Shown one piece after another: positions 39,330 to 51,852 of a stretch of DNA of 64,000 bases. Source of the DNA: Macrostomum lignano (lineage: Eukaryota); contig NIVC01001280.1 in NCBI GenBank assembly GCA_002269645.1, positions 248,001-312,000 on the forward strand. Reading direction: 5' to 3'. Each line of letters starts with the position of its first letter. The stretch's first letter is position 1. The position numbers were made by a program, and so were the translations under genes. The notes beneath the pieces were generated by a model, which made no database searches, was not told where the DNA came from, and saw only the letters and a list, made by a program, of their open reading frames with translations.

Positions 39330-40335
39330 CATTTTTTCTGTTTTAAAAATAACCCATTGTTATCCTGAGGTCAACACCATTATCCAGAGGTTTCAAGTGA
39401 AGAAATATATTGAGTGTGGATCAGTTTTGAACATAGACAATTTCATTATCATAAAGGCAGATTTTTGACAATGGCCAGTACCGCAGATAACATTGGTAAA
39501 GCAGTTGTCTATGGCCGAAATTGGAGGCCATAGACATCGAAATTGGAGACTGGTGATATGCAAAAGCTTGCATGCTACTTTGAGGGAGGTACGGCAGTGG
39601 CAGAGCAGGACATTTATTTCTGTTTTACGAGTATGTCTTTTATTGCTTGGGCGAAAGAGGCCAAGAGCACCTGCAGCATCTGACATGACGAGATGCATTG
39701 GAGCTGCACACCGAATCTGATGGTAAGGAGTTCTACTGTCTCCCGCCTCTTCCGTCTAAGAATAAGTCCGCGGATCCAGTGAGAAGTAAAGCAAAACCCG
39801 ACAACAAGCAGGCAAGGATCGATACTGAAAAGGTACGACGGTATCTAGACCTTCTACCAGTTGAAACCAAGGATAACCATCTAGTTCCACTGTCACTGGC
39901 AAACTCTGCGAACGGAAGTCCTACGTATTCAACGAAGCAGAATCGCGGTGTCAACTATCTTGTTCGATTCATGCATAACTTGAGCGAGAAGGCTGGGCTA
40001 TCAAAGATGTATTCCAACCATTGCATCAGGTAGTACGACTAATTTTTTTGATCTCGAAAATAACAGATCTTAGATCTTTAATTTATCTGAGAGAAAACAT
40101 TGTAAACTACATGCATTAGTACTGTAATCATCATTCATCATATTTTCTTAGGGTCACCAGGATTACGGATCTAGAGGCCGCGGGACATAGCATGGCTGAA
40201 ATGTCCATCACCAGCCAGATATCTGAACGAACGGCACGCAGGTACCTTACAAAACGTCGGGACCGATCTCTGCAAGGGTCGCAAGGAGTGAAAACGGGTG
40301 AAAACCCCGAGCGCACGGCCAGACAGAACTGTTAA
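39330..40335 (+). pseudogene. Crypton-type tyrosine recombinase relic, copy C (spliced)
   Basis: Shifted frames give DMQKLACYF, CLLLLGRK and ELHTESDGKEFY...KQNRGVNYLVRFMHNLSEKAGLSKMYSNHCIR. Phase-2 intron 40030-40151 (GT...AG). Exon 2 reads VTRITDLEAAGHSMAEMSITSQISERTARRYL...stop at 40335. Confidence 0.85.
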
Positions 40336-42851
40336 AGGAGCGGGCTGGGGGGTGGCGCGCGAGAGAAATTAGTATAATTAATGCGCGGCTTTTCTATTGG
40401 CCGGCTGAGAAAAACAGGAACAGAAATTATCGATCGCGCGCTGTACGCAGGGTTTACAATTGTACACAGCTGATTAAAATTCCTAGGGCACTACTTTAAG
40501 CAGACGTGAGAATACGAAACCAGTAATATTAAAGATCGGTACCGCGTATGTCAAAACGGCCCTTGGCGGGGCTACGTAAACTGACAACGTCGCACCCTTA
40601 GTCGGCCATTTCTTGTACAGTTAAGGTCAAGAACCTTAGTCTCGGGAGTCCTGTCCCGTTAGTGGGAGTTTTTACCGGTTGTACTTGTACGTGTACATGT
40701 ATAGTACTACTCCTGCACAGCTGACTTGTGGTGGCCACGCCTCTGGCGTGTACCTTCAAAAAACCCTGGCCCGCGCTGTCTAGATAAATGGGATCTTGGC
40801 CGCAACATCAGCTACTGCACCATCCAGAGACGGACAAAGTCTAGGGGATGAGGCCTGGTGGCTGTACTTTTCAGCGCCAGAGACAAGGGGTTTTGCACAG
40901 GTGTTTTCATATGCAGCCCGCGGGTTATGTCACATGTACTTCATCAGTGGCAATCTTAATTTAGAGATAAATAGTGAAGCTTGTGCGCGTAGAAATGATT
41001 TTAAAGCCAAATGGGTATAATGTAGATTGCCAATTGTATGCGGACAGAAAGTAAATCATTCGCTCTTAAATTTTGATGAAAATAGATTTGCGATTATGGC
41101 TTGTGATCACATGATCTAGTCGATCAGTTACTATAGGTCAAATTTCTTGCGATATAACAACCTTCAGATGATTTGATAAGTTGATAGTGATGTGAATGAT
41201 AAATCCGAAGTGATTGTACGACATCTAATAGTCTCTAAGATGGCATTTATTAAAATTTAATTAAATTAAAATTACGGCATTTATTTCAAACAGAAAAACA
41301 AAATTGGAAACTTTTTATAACGAATTTTTAAAAAATGGTGTTAACTCTTATTCAGATTAAAACTAGAAGCAAAGTTATTTGTAATAAAAACTTCGAAAGT
41401 AGATAGGCTAATTTAAAAGAGGTTGACACTAAAAGCTTTTAAGAGGAAAAATTAGCTGTAATTTATCTGGAATGGTCCCGAATATTACACTAGGGACTAG
41501 GTCAAATGTGCAGTACTGTAAAAATAAAATTAAAATTAAAACCTGAGAGGTTCGTTAAAGGTAGCCAAGTCTAAATATCATAAATGTGCTCACATAGAAG
41601 TTTAACTATCATATAACCCAACTGTAACCTTTCTTAAATAATAGTTTGTAAAACTATAAAAGCTGTGATCTAAAGTCTAAAGTCTAATGCTAAATAAATT
41701 AGGCCATTGTTATGTTAATTTTAAAGTTGCAAAGATATTTAGGTAATTGTTCGTAACTTGTGTTTAATCGAACTCAGCGCAGAAACGTGCTTAAAGCTAA
41801 AAAAATAAAGCACATCTTGAAATTGTTTTGAGGTTTCGCAACATTAACATTTACTTAGCAACTAAAATGATGTCTTTGTCGTGGAATATACCTGTGCATA
41901 ACATATCATAATATATATTAGTAAGCTTTTAAATAGGAAATAAAAGATATGTTTTGCCTTTTATTTAGTAAGTAATACTGAATGTATTCTAAAGTTTTTC
42001 GACAATCGTTTTTTAGCAAATTAGTAAAATTGTGAAATAATAAACCATTTATTTTTTGCTTGTTTGTGTAATGTGACGACATTACGAGTACTTTATCAAC
42101 CTGTCTCTAGCTTAAAAAATCAAACCTGCTTACAAGGAGTTTTAGTAGATTTTGACCAAAACTGCAATTACAAGACTGCTATAACCAAAATGCGCAGTTT
42201 TTATCATAACAACACAACATCATATTCTTCCCTGGCTCTCTAAAATCAAAATTATCTATTTGCTTGATAGTTCTTTTCAAATTTGTATTGCTAGTTTTTA
42301 AGACTCAAATCAATTTGCAAAATCATGTTGTTTCTTAATGACCATATTCTATGTGGATAGTTTCATTTACAAATTATGTGTACTATGAGCCTATAGATCT
42401 GACATCCTTGCACCTAGTAGAATTTTATTTGGATTTATTTAGTTTGACTTGTAATATTTTTATCATGTTATTAAATGCACATATTTTTATCTCTCTTTGT
42501 AGGTTTATTTCATTTCTATCAGTTGTTATCAAATAAAATATTGCAAGCTCTATTTTAACCTCTATAATAGTCACCTAACCTCCAAAGCTCATTGTAATAT
42601 TTATAAGTATTTTATAATTGGTATTTAATTTTTATTGTTTAATAAGAAGTTCCTTTTATTAGAGGTAGAACTGTGTGCACCCTTGCATACTTTAAACAAC
42701 ATTTTCACACAAACGACAAGAGAGACATTACATGTACTTCCGATTCCGCCAACTCCCCTGAGCAGGCACACAAGCGTGCAGATACATGCAGTCATATGCA
42801 CAGACACACACTCGCACAGGAGTTTTTTTAATTTTTTATCTATCGTTAGGC

Positions 42852-44600
42852 CAAGGACAACTTAAGTAGAAGGACGCAACACTCAACAAACAACAACAAC
42901 AGAGTACGCTGCCGGATCGCAAAAGCAGCGTCAGATGGCGCGCTTCAAAGCTTGGGCGCAAACAAAGGCCGCACCGCCGGCAGAGTCCGGGGCGCCGGCG
43001 TCAGCCAGCAGATAGTCGACGTAGCGCCGTGTCCTCGCTTGTCCCCGCCGGTAGGGTGCCTGCAACGTAAGTAGCAGCACCTCCTGCACCGGCTCCGGAC
43101 AGTAGGCCTCGGCGCGGATGACGTGGCCTGCCAGCTGGAGTCGCCGACGGCGCAGCAGATCGCTAGGACGGGCCAGGCCGGCGCGATGATAGAGCGCCGT
43201 GTTGGTGACTCGCTCGTTGCCGATCTTGAAGGCGGCGCGCAGCAGGCCAGCGTGCGCCGCGTCGACTTGAGCCTCGAGCGAGTCTGTCAGCGTCCAGGTC
43301 TCGGCGTTGTATAACAGGACGGTTTCGATCACCGCCTGGAACAGCGCCGCCCTCTGGCGGTCCGGTACGGCCTCGGACTGCAGGACTGACCTTATAGAAC
43401 GAAAGGCAGCCCAGGCAAGTCCTCGGCGACGCCGCAGATCCTCGCGAACGTCGGGAACCAGACCGCCGAGGTAGACGAACTGCCGACACCTTGGAAGCTC
43501 ACTCGCCTGTCCGTCAGCGCCTCGGCAGAAGATTGCAGCCTCGGTGTCGTCCGGCACGCATAGCACGACGGTCTTCTGCGTGTTGACCACCAGGCCGACG
43601 CTCGCCGCAACGGCAACCAGCCTATCCAGCTGTCGTTGGGCGCCCTCGACGGTCGAGGACAGCAGGGCGAGGTCATCGGCGTAGCCAAGCACGCTGAGCC
43701 GTCTCTCCGGTTGGCGTCGACCCACGCGTCGCCGCAGCAGGAAGCCGTCGTCGTTGGAAGACAGAGCAGTCCGTAGCACCCAGTCAAGCACCAGAATAAA
43801 TAGGAACGGCGCTAGCGTATCTCCTTGGAGCCCCGGAGGATGTCTCGAAGAAATCCGATAGGCCGTCCGGTGTTGAGACAGCAGCCGTCGTGCCGTGGTA
43901 CAGCGCCATGACAGCAGAAATCAGCAGCTCTGGCACGTTGTACGCACGGAGCACCTCTGGGAGCGCGTCCCTCACGACCGAGTCGAAGGCCTTCCTGAAA
44001 TCGACGAAGATCAGGATCAGGGTCAACTGGCGGATGCGCGCCTCCTCGATGACTCGCCGAAGAGCCAGGATCTGCGTCACTGTGCCGCGATGGGGCCGGA
44101 ATCCGTTCTGCTCAGGCCGCAGGTACGGGTCCAGCACAGGCTGTAGCCGCGATAGCAGCATGCGGTTGAACAGCTTCGCGGCGCAGGACTGTAGGCAGAT
44201 GCCTCGATGCTCCTCGAGCTTGGTGGTGCCCGACGTTGTGAAGTTCGCTCGGCAGTCGCCGGGCGGCAAAGCGCTTGGTCCGGACGAGGTGCCCACCGAG
44301 GCGCTGCGGATCCACTGCGTGGCCACTGAGGTCGCCAGAGTGATGAACCGCGTGCTTTCCGGTGAGGTGGCGCCAAACGAATGGACCACGGCGCACATCG
44401 TCGCCATTCCAAAGAAGCAACACTCAAAATCTATGGCAATTTTTGAAGGCAACTTTTCGCCGAAAAATACACTACGGAGATAGGAAGTTTTCATTTTTTC
44501 AGCACAAAAATTGTTATTGCTTTCGATAGGAGGCAGACTTAGTATTCATCTTTCGATATGTTGTGCGTTTCTTATAGCTCTATTAATATTCATAAATATA
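42852..44600. mobile_element. One arm of the CAAGG-terminal MITE family (same as 5785-6746), interrupted by an RTE
   Basis: 42852-42886 is the reverse complement of 6712-6746. The arm continues after the RTE at ~44417-44600, matching 5820-6000. Confidence 0.8.
42887..44416 (-). mobile_element. RTE-clade LINE, 5'-truncated with a 5' inversion
   Basis: RT motifs HRGICLQSCAAKLFNRML, QNGFRPHR, FVDFRKAFDSV, GYADDL, YLGG. 2-nt deletion near 43830 in GVLQGD. (TTG)n tail. TSD GCAACACTCAA at 42876-42886 and 44417-44427. Segment 44233-44417 is inverted. Confidence 0.92.
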
Positions 44601-45715
44601 TTTATCAAATAATATATTTGAGATCTAAGGGTTCGCTCAGAGAGCAACATGCACTTGAGTATTGTGGATGTACATTATGTTACAGCTATAGGCTCCCTCC
44701 TTTCTAATATCAAATCTCACCACTGTCACCAAATGTTACAGGTGTAATAATTGTTCCTAGTTACTAATGCCACCAACTTGTAGCAGGCCTATTTACTCCC
44801 TGTCTAAATCCACCAGTTCAATCACTAGATTGTACTACTAAATCTATTATTTCTAACCCTAAGAATCCTAATAATTATACCTATATGTACGTCTATGGGC
44901 TATCGTCAGTACGAGTAACCCTGGTAGCTTCAGTGCCCGAGCGGCAAGACACTGTTGACTACTATACTAATTACTACTAATTTCTAAACTACTCAGTCCA
45001 AACACAGTCCAAATACTGTCTTTCCCGACTCAATACTGCATCACGCTTGTATTAGCCTAGATCTACGAGTATTCCTGGGGAATCCTCCCTCCTTACTGGC
45101 AATCCACCCTTTTTACTCAGCAAAACGCTTGTTCGGCAATCCCTGCTCAACTACACTGGCAAAACGCCCTTTCTATCCAACACGGTCTTTCCAAACTTGC
45201 AATCCTGCTTAAATAACTAAGAGAGTAAAACCAGAGAAATCTTAATTTCTAAGCTTACTGAGTATTGAACCCAACGAAAGTGTTAAAGAAAATGTTTAGT
45301 TTTTCGCCTTATATTTATACTAAATGAAACCTCTCTCTATTGGCTCGCGATACATTCGTTTAAACAACATTTAGTTAAAACAAAATATTCGACTCTCTAA
45401 AACAAAAGTTACTACGTTAAAACAAATATCATATTAAAACAAAATATTCGTGTAACTGTTATTTGGCGGGTATTTGACTTACAAAAATGTTAATATTTTC
45501 TTAGAACAAAATATGAGCCCTACTGCAATTAGTTTGATGTACACTATAAATAGACAGGGGCGTAGGGCGCAAGGTATAATAGAGTACAACAATCATTTTC
45601 GAAATTCCTAGGCCAATTTCGAACTTGGCGCTACTGATAGTTTTTGGATGATTTAGATGGACTCTCAAGTTATCAATGTTCAAAGAGTCCACCACACATT
45701 CGTCACCTTGCTGCC

Positions 45716-48700
45716 ATGGCAGCACAGGCAGAGCAAGCCCAGTCGCCAGTCAAGCGTAGTCGTCAGGATCCAACCCGGCCCCTGGCAAGCAGTTGGAATG
45801 CGGCTAACAGTGCTCACGGCAGCTCTGGACACATTTTGGACAAGGGCATTGTAAGCCGCTGGTCTAGGGACGATCTGGAGGATAAATATCTCAGTTTGTA
45901 TCAGGACCACAGCAAACTAAAAGAGAGATTTAGAGAACAAGAAGAAAAAATCCATGAGTTCAAGCTGGTGCTAAAGAAGAGACAAGACGAGGTAAGTGCA
46001 AGAATTTGGAACCACGATCTTGATAGTTATGAAATTCGAAATAAAAATAAAAAACAGCTATCGCTAAACTTGAGCATTTACGCTCGTACAAGCTGAGTGG
46101 CAACTTCATAAAAAATGATTTCCTTGTAATTGCATGTTTGCAGAAAAACAACAAAAACCACCATTATGCTTTGCTTAAATAGCCATCAAAATCGCAAAGT
46201 AGCTCGTATGTTGTTTTTGCTGTTTAGAAATCGTAATCTGCTGCTGGTAATGCAGCATTAAAGAACACACTTTAGGTCTCGAAAAAACTGTCACTAAAAT
46301 GGCATCATCAGGATTTTACAGATAAACAGATACATTTTGTGATTTATTTCACAGATCAGGCAACAACAAGCAAAGGTTGGCGCTGGCGCAGCTGAATTAC
46401 GGGCAACGGATCAGGTAGCAAAACTCGAAATGCGCAACATCGAGCTGGAAAAGCAGGTGGTCATTTGCAACAAAGGTTGACGCTGCTGCAATCAAAACTG
46501 GAGTCTCCTACCATCAAACGCACCTCAACCAACACGCGAGTTCTCCAGCCGCCACCGGGTCTCCGTCCGCAGCGCAGCCTCGGCCGCCAGGATGATACAA
46601 AGCTCCGGTTGCAAGCGGAGAACGGGCAACTTCTGGCGGAAATCGAGAGTCTCAAAGACAAGCTTTATGCGCAGGAAATGGAGCATCAGCGGCGAGTGCA
46701 AGTACGTACTTTTGTTCATTTTGTATTATTATAAGGAAGAAGTTTGTGCCCGAAAATTTTGCTAAGCAAAACGCTTCAAGGATTACACGAGTTCGATTTC
46801 CCAATCATTCAGGATCTCCATTCTGAGCTGGAAACGGCACGGCTCCAGGTGGGCAACGATAAGCGACTGACAATGCAGGATGATCTTGAAAAGGTTAAGC
46901 TGCAGCGGGAGGTGCGAGAAAAATCCGCCATGGTAGAGCACCTACAGACTCGCTGCGATGCACATGAGGAGCGCGAGAGGCAGGCATTGGAAACAAGCTC
47001 TCGGCTCCAAAACGAGCTGGAAAGATTGACCATGGAGGGACGCAGGCGAGACCAGGAGGCAGAGAGCTTGAAGGAAAGTTCTACTGCAGGCCAAACCTTG
47101 AGAAGGCGGGTGATGGAGCTCGAGCATGCTCTAGAGGATGCCAACAAGGAGGCCAAATTGCTGAAAGAAGCAAATGACAAGTTGATGGGCAGGTAAGAGA
47201 GTGTAGCCAGAAATTCAGTACTTTAAAGAACAAACAAGCAAAACCGTAAATCAGTACTGCAAATAACTGCAGTTAGAAGGAATGCCTAAAGCTGAATTTT
47301 CTGGTTCTTTTCTCTTTCCTTATTTCTCATATACTTTGTAGTTTGTGTCATTCAAAAGAAATTTTAGATTCACTTTTCTGTTTATCCCCACTCCAAAACA
47401 GCATGTGTTGTGCGCCCATCCACAGGAGCGCTCCGACCTCCTCCTGTGACTGAAGCCGCGACCCCAGGTCCCACGTCCGAGGGAGAAGCAGAAAAAAACA
47501 GGAAAATTAAATAGTAGAGCAGATTTAGGTCACCGCGCTATTGTTAAGTAGAGTTTGAAAGTAGCCAACAACGGGCGGGAAAGAAAGGAGGAGGAAGGAA
47601 AGGAAAGGAAGGCCCTAGGCATCAATTTTATTATTTTTGATTTTAGCTACATGTGTAATTTTAGTGCAAATTTACAGCAGGATGAGGTGCCAGGCATCGT
47701 GATCTATGTACGTACGTTCGAGAAAACTGGAGGGTTGGAGCAGGGCGCGAGAGACATGCTTATTGTGCAACGATACACGCGCAATAAAAAAATTCAAGAT
47801 GACAAATAAGAAAACAATGAATAAGATTTTACGTGAGATGCAAAGCTACTCCTCCTCTCTGAAGCTTCACCAGAAGTGACGAATGTCATTTCGAGCGTGA
47901 GAGCATGCGAGTTAAAGCCTAAATTTCTGTATGAGTCAGATACACCTAAATGGCTGCCTCTGATGAACCGTTTGAACCACAAAATTCAGATTTCTGTGTC
48001 TAAGGATCTTTTGAAGATCGCCTGCTATCCGACTGCAAGGACTAACTTAACAACTCAGGACGTTACACTCGCGAATGGTAGAAATTGTAGAAAAGGCCGC
48101 TTGCTTTAGCTGTATCTATGGCAATGAAGCCTTTTCACTAACACTTTAATGTATTCTGTATCTAACATTCTGTATTTAGTTAATATTTGTATAATTGTAA
48201 AAATAAATTTTATAGCGCAAATTGTCTTGCTTCTTTATCGAAAAGGCTCATTGAAAAAACATAGACACACAAAGCAAGCGGCCTTTTCTAGAATTCCTAC
48301 CATTCGCGAGTGCAACGTCCTGAGTTGGTAAGTAGTCCTTGTCCGACTGTCATTCCAACCAGCTGATCATGAAGCAAGAACTTGACTACGGTGGTTCTCA
48401 ATGCTGAAAACAAAACTCAGGAAAATTAGACGATAAATTTTCAAATTGTCTTGCAAAGTTACTTTAGCAATTGATATCTAGGAAAAATTAAAGTGATTGT
48501 GTGAGATAGCTTGACACCAAAAGGTGAGGACAAGTTTTTGCCATCTGTTGTATCTCGGAAAAATGAAAAATTCTTTGAGTCAGCGAATTTTAAAGGTAGC
48601 TAGTACGTTAGGTATACAATTTTATGATCATTTTTTATTATTAACATAAGTGATTTAGAAAATTAACGAAAATAAATTGTATTAAATAATAATAAATACG

Positions 48701-49036
48701 AAGTGAACAAAAATTCAGAATCAAAAGAGAGGAAAAAATTTTGATTGTTAACGCTATTTTGACTAATGAAGCCCCTGTCACATCATCAGCGCCTTCGATG
48801 TCGAGCGGGAGCGCCAATGGCAGGCCAGAGAGGCAGCGCTGCAGGCGCAACTGAAGAAGCTGGAGGCTGTGGGTCACCGAGACGTTAATGAGAAGGGACA
48901 GTTTCTGGACCGGCTGGAAGAAGAACGAAACCACGGCGAGGAGGTTGAAAGGGAGCTGAGCGCTTTGAGGATCAAGTGTTTCGAACTACAGGAGCAAAAT
49001 GAGAGCCTGCGTCAGAAGGTGGCTTTTTTTGCACAG
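45716..49036 (+). CDS. RPGRIP1L: RPGRIP1/RPGRIP1L (fantom) ciliary transition-zone protein, first four exons, apparent frameshift in exon 2
   Basis: Exons 45716-45991, 46355-46701, 46813-47192 and 48790-49036, all GT-AG. IVSRWSRDDLEDKYLSLY...QEEKI and SAFDVERERQWQAREAALQAQLKKLE...KGQFLDRLEEER match the RPGRIP1L coiled-coil. The exon 2 frame needs +1 nt near 46460. No downstream C2 exons were recognised in the window. Confidence 0.8.
48036..48341. mobile_element. CAAGGAC-terminal MITE in an RPGRIP1L intron
   Basis: Inverted arms CAAGGACTA...AGGACGTT(A/G)CACTCGCGAATGGTAG. Exact TSD TCCGACTG at 48028-48035 and 48342-48349. Confidence 0.88.
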
Positions 49037-49593
49037 GTAACATATTTTAATAACAGGCTTTTACAGAACTTGTAAATATCTGCGTGTTTTTAAGCTCGCC
49101 TTTACTCAGAGCAGACTCAGAATTGGCAAAACGTCCTTTTCGAGACTAATCATTAGCACTCACATATAATTCTTCAAGTAACGGTGGATTCCAGCGCGCA
49201 TGCATACCAGCGAACTGCAACTGCACACGGTTTCATCATTCTTTTTAACCAACGAAAAATAAAGGCACATATACTGACATGAATACGAATATTGAGTCGG
49301 TATCGTCTCAATTTGGCTTGGCAGTCCTTGATCTTCCAGAAATTTTCGGAAATGAGCAGCGACGTAGCTGCTGCTTTCTCAGACTCTGCGCATGTCCTCC
49401 ATCTTGGCAATTTCATCCAGTAAAAGCCCCATATACGCTCGTATGGACACTTCAGCCAGAAAAGTATCAATCGTTTTCGCCTGGTACTGGCAGTCCCGTG
49501 AACTGAGAGACAGCTTCTTCATCGCACCGTCCAACGCTAAGCGTTGTCACAAATTGAAGTTCGTCCGATGAGAGGCCGGAAATTTCTTTCTCT

Positions 49594-51632
49594 AAGGATG
49601 AATAAAACCATGGATTGCTCGTCTGCCTTAAATTTAGGGGTGCATTTTGCCTCGCGAAGCCCCCGAAGCCCCGATTGGCTACTGAAGATTCCTTAGTTGT
49701 CTATGGTAAAAATGTTGTAAGCTGCAGTGCTTATGCATGGAAAGACGAGTCTCCTATATAACAATTTTATAGCTAAGTGAAATGTATCTTCGCATTAAAT
49801 TGCTCTATAGTGTTATGATATGGAGAGAGACAATTCATGAGTATTTGTTTGTGAGTACATAGTACATTCTATTTTAAATAAACCATAGCGATAAACTCAT
49901 TACAAGAAACTAGAAATATGTAAGAATAGCTAAAATATCCGAATTCGGCCGGAAAAAAATGAAAATTGAAAGCAGCGTGAAAACATGTTTCAATTGAAGC
50001 AAAGAATGCGTAGATGAATTTACAATTGAGGGAAACTATTCATCAAATGATTTAAAAGTACGATCGAAGCAAGGAATTCTTGCAATTAATTAACACCTGT
50101 GACAAAGTACTGAACAATTGAAGCAACGGATGCATGAAGGGAATCGAAGGCTAAGTATAGACAAGGGAAATTTTTTACTAAAAAGACAAGCTTAAAAAAC
50201 CAATAAATAGTTACGCAGGACAGTTTTCCTCAGTAGGTTGGTTACTGGCCCATGAATAATATCTTCTTCGTGAGGATCTGCCGTACAGACACGGCCTTGC
50301 ACATGTTCAACCGTTTGCATTGATGAAATATACGAACACTGATGTACTTCGAGCAGCACTCAAGAATCAAGAAGTATCGGTGATTTTCATCTCTAGCCTG
50401 CTCACAACCAAGCTGGCTGAATAGGCCAGCAGAAAAAGCTTCAGCTACTGAGCGTGTCAGCAAGAGGTCCACCTGTGCCGACGATGGAATGCACTGCTGC
50501 GAACCTCGAAGCTGGCCCTCGCAAATGCGTGCCAGGCGAAAAAGAGTTGCTGACGGTTTAGATAGGCCACCTCGGTCTTTTACGCTAGTAAGCGCTAACA
50601 AATGCTCATCGCTGACAAGAGAACGGCGACGAATTTGACATTTGAGGCGCGCAATCAGCTTTGAGCCAACAAATCCAGAGATATAGTCTGAAATATTGTC
50701 ACCAATTAAACCTAAAACTTGGTGGTTAGGTAGCTCCGGAATGTTGTGTCTAGCGGCTGGCAGTTTGCTGATTCCGAGATGAGCAGTTCAGATCTGGTGG
50801 CAAACTAAGTCGAAAGCGCTGTCGAGCCCAATGCGCTTGTCCTATGCAAAGTGATTGCACGGAACGCAAAATAACTATAATATAATATAACGCAATACAA
50901 TGTAAACTAAAAGATAAAATAGATAGAATATAGAAGCTATAATACGCCAGAAGCTATTTAATGTCTGAATACCAAAACTGTTTCTCTGTTGCATCGCTTT
51001 CTGGATAGAATAAGGCTTCTTTTGCTTGAATCAGGTTTCAAGCTTCGTTTATCAATGCGAGATCTCCGTGTTGGTTCAACTGGGTCTTCAGCATCAAAGC
51101 GCTGCAGGACTGGAGGATCGGGACATTCGTATTTCGGAACCGCTCTCGGTCTCAATCTTTTTCTACTCTTACTAGGAGCTTGGCTACCCTGTGCCAAAGT
51201 AAGAAAATCTTCGTTCTTGAAATGGAGTTCACATAGGTACTTGTTAGATGTCGGTGCGAATTCTCGATCTGTTTCAACGTTTTCGAGCCAAATAGCCAGT
51301 CTCTGTGCATCTTTGGCAGGATATGCAAATAAAGACAGGCCATCGCAGTTGTTTAAATTTTTCGAATTTGATGTGCACGATTTGGCCGAACAGCTTCTTT
51401 TAATCCTTGCAGCCATCTGCAGACCACTGCTTGACTGAGGAAATACGGACTCGACAAATTGACAGCTCTCAGGAAGGGTTTACTATGAATCAGCACTGCA
51501 GCTTACAACGTTTTTACCATAGACAACTAAGGAATCTTCAGTAGCCAATCGGTGCAAACGGGGGCTTCTCGAGGCAAAATTGCACCCCTAAATTTAAGTC
51601 AGACGAGCAATCCACGGTTTTATTTATCCATG
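49594..51632 (-). mobile_element. Internally deleted P-element (THAP retained, catalytic core lost)
   Basis: ~145-bp TIRs (49594-49740 vs 51487-51632); one end is CATGGATAAATAAAACC and the other lacks the terminal CAT. THAP ORF 51416-50958 (CSAKSC...YLCELHF...RAVP). C-terminal fragment DYISGFVG...KDRGG...KKILFMGQ is homologous to the 3' end of the first P-element. No TSD found. Confidence 0.88.
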
Positions 51633-51852
51633 CGGTGGTCTCGCTTCTCAATTCTCTCTTATAATTAAACTGTATAGTTACTCATTTAAACATTATGTCT
51701 ATGGTGAGACCCATACCCCATGCCCATATTCATCAATACGAGCTACAGCTCATGCGCTCGTTTAACTCAGCCAAATAGTCTATGGTACAATCACAGTATG
51801 GATCCTACTGGCTTTCCCATTATCGCCCTTAAAGCCTGGGTAATAACATATA

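Noticed and set aside
38896-40033. Apparent circular permutation of a single recombinase gene (C-terminus before HxxR domain)
   Set aside because: Copy C has its own C-terminal exon at 40152-40335, so the layout is two tandem copies.
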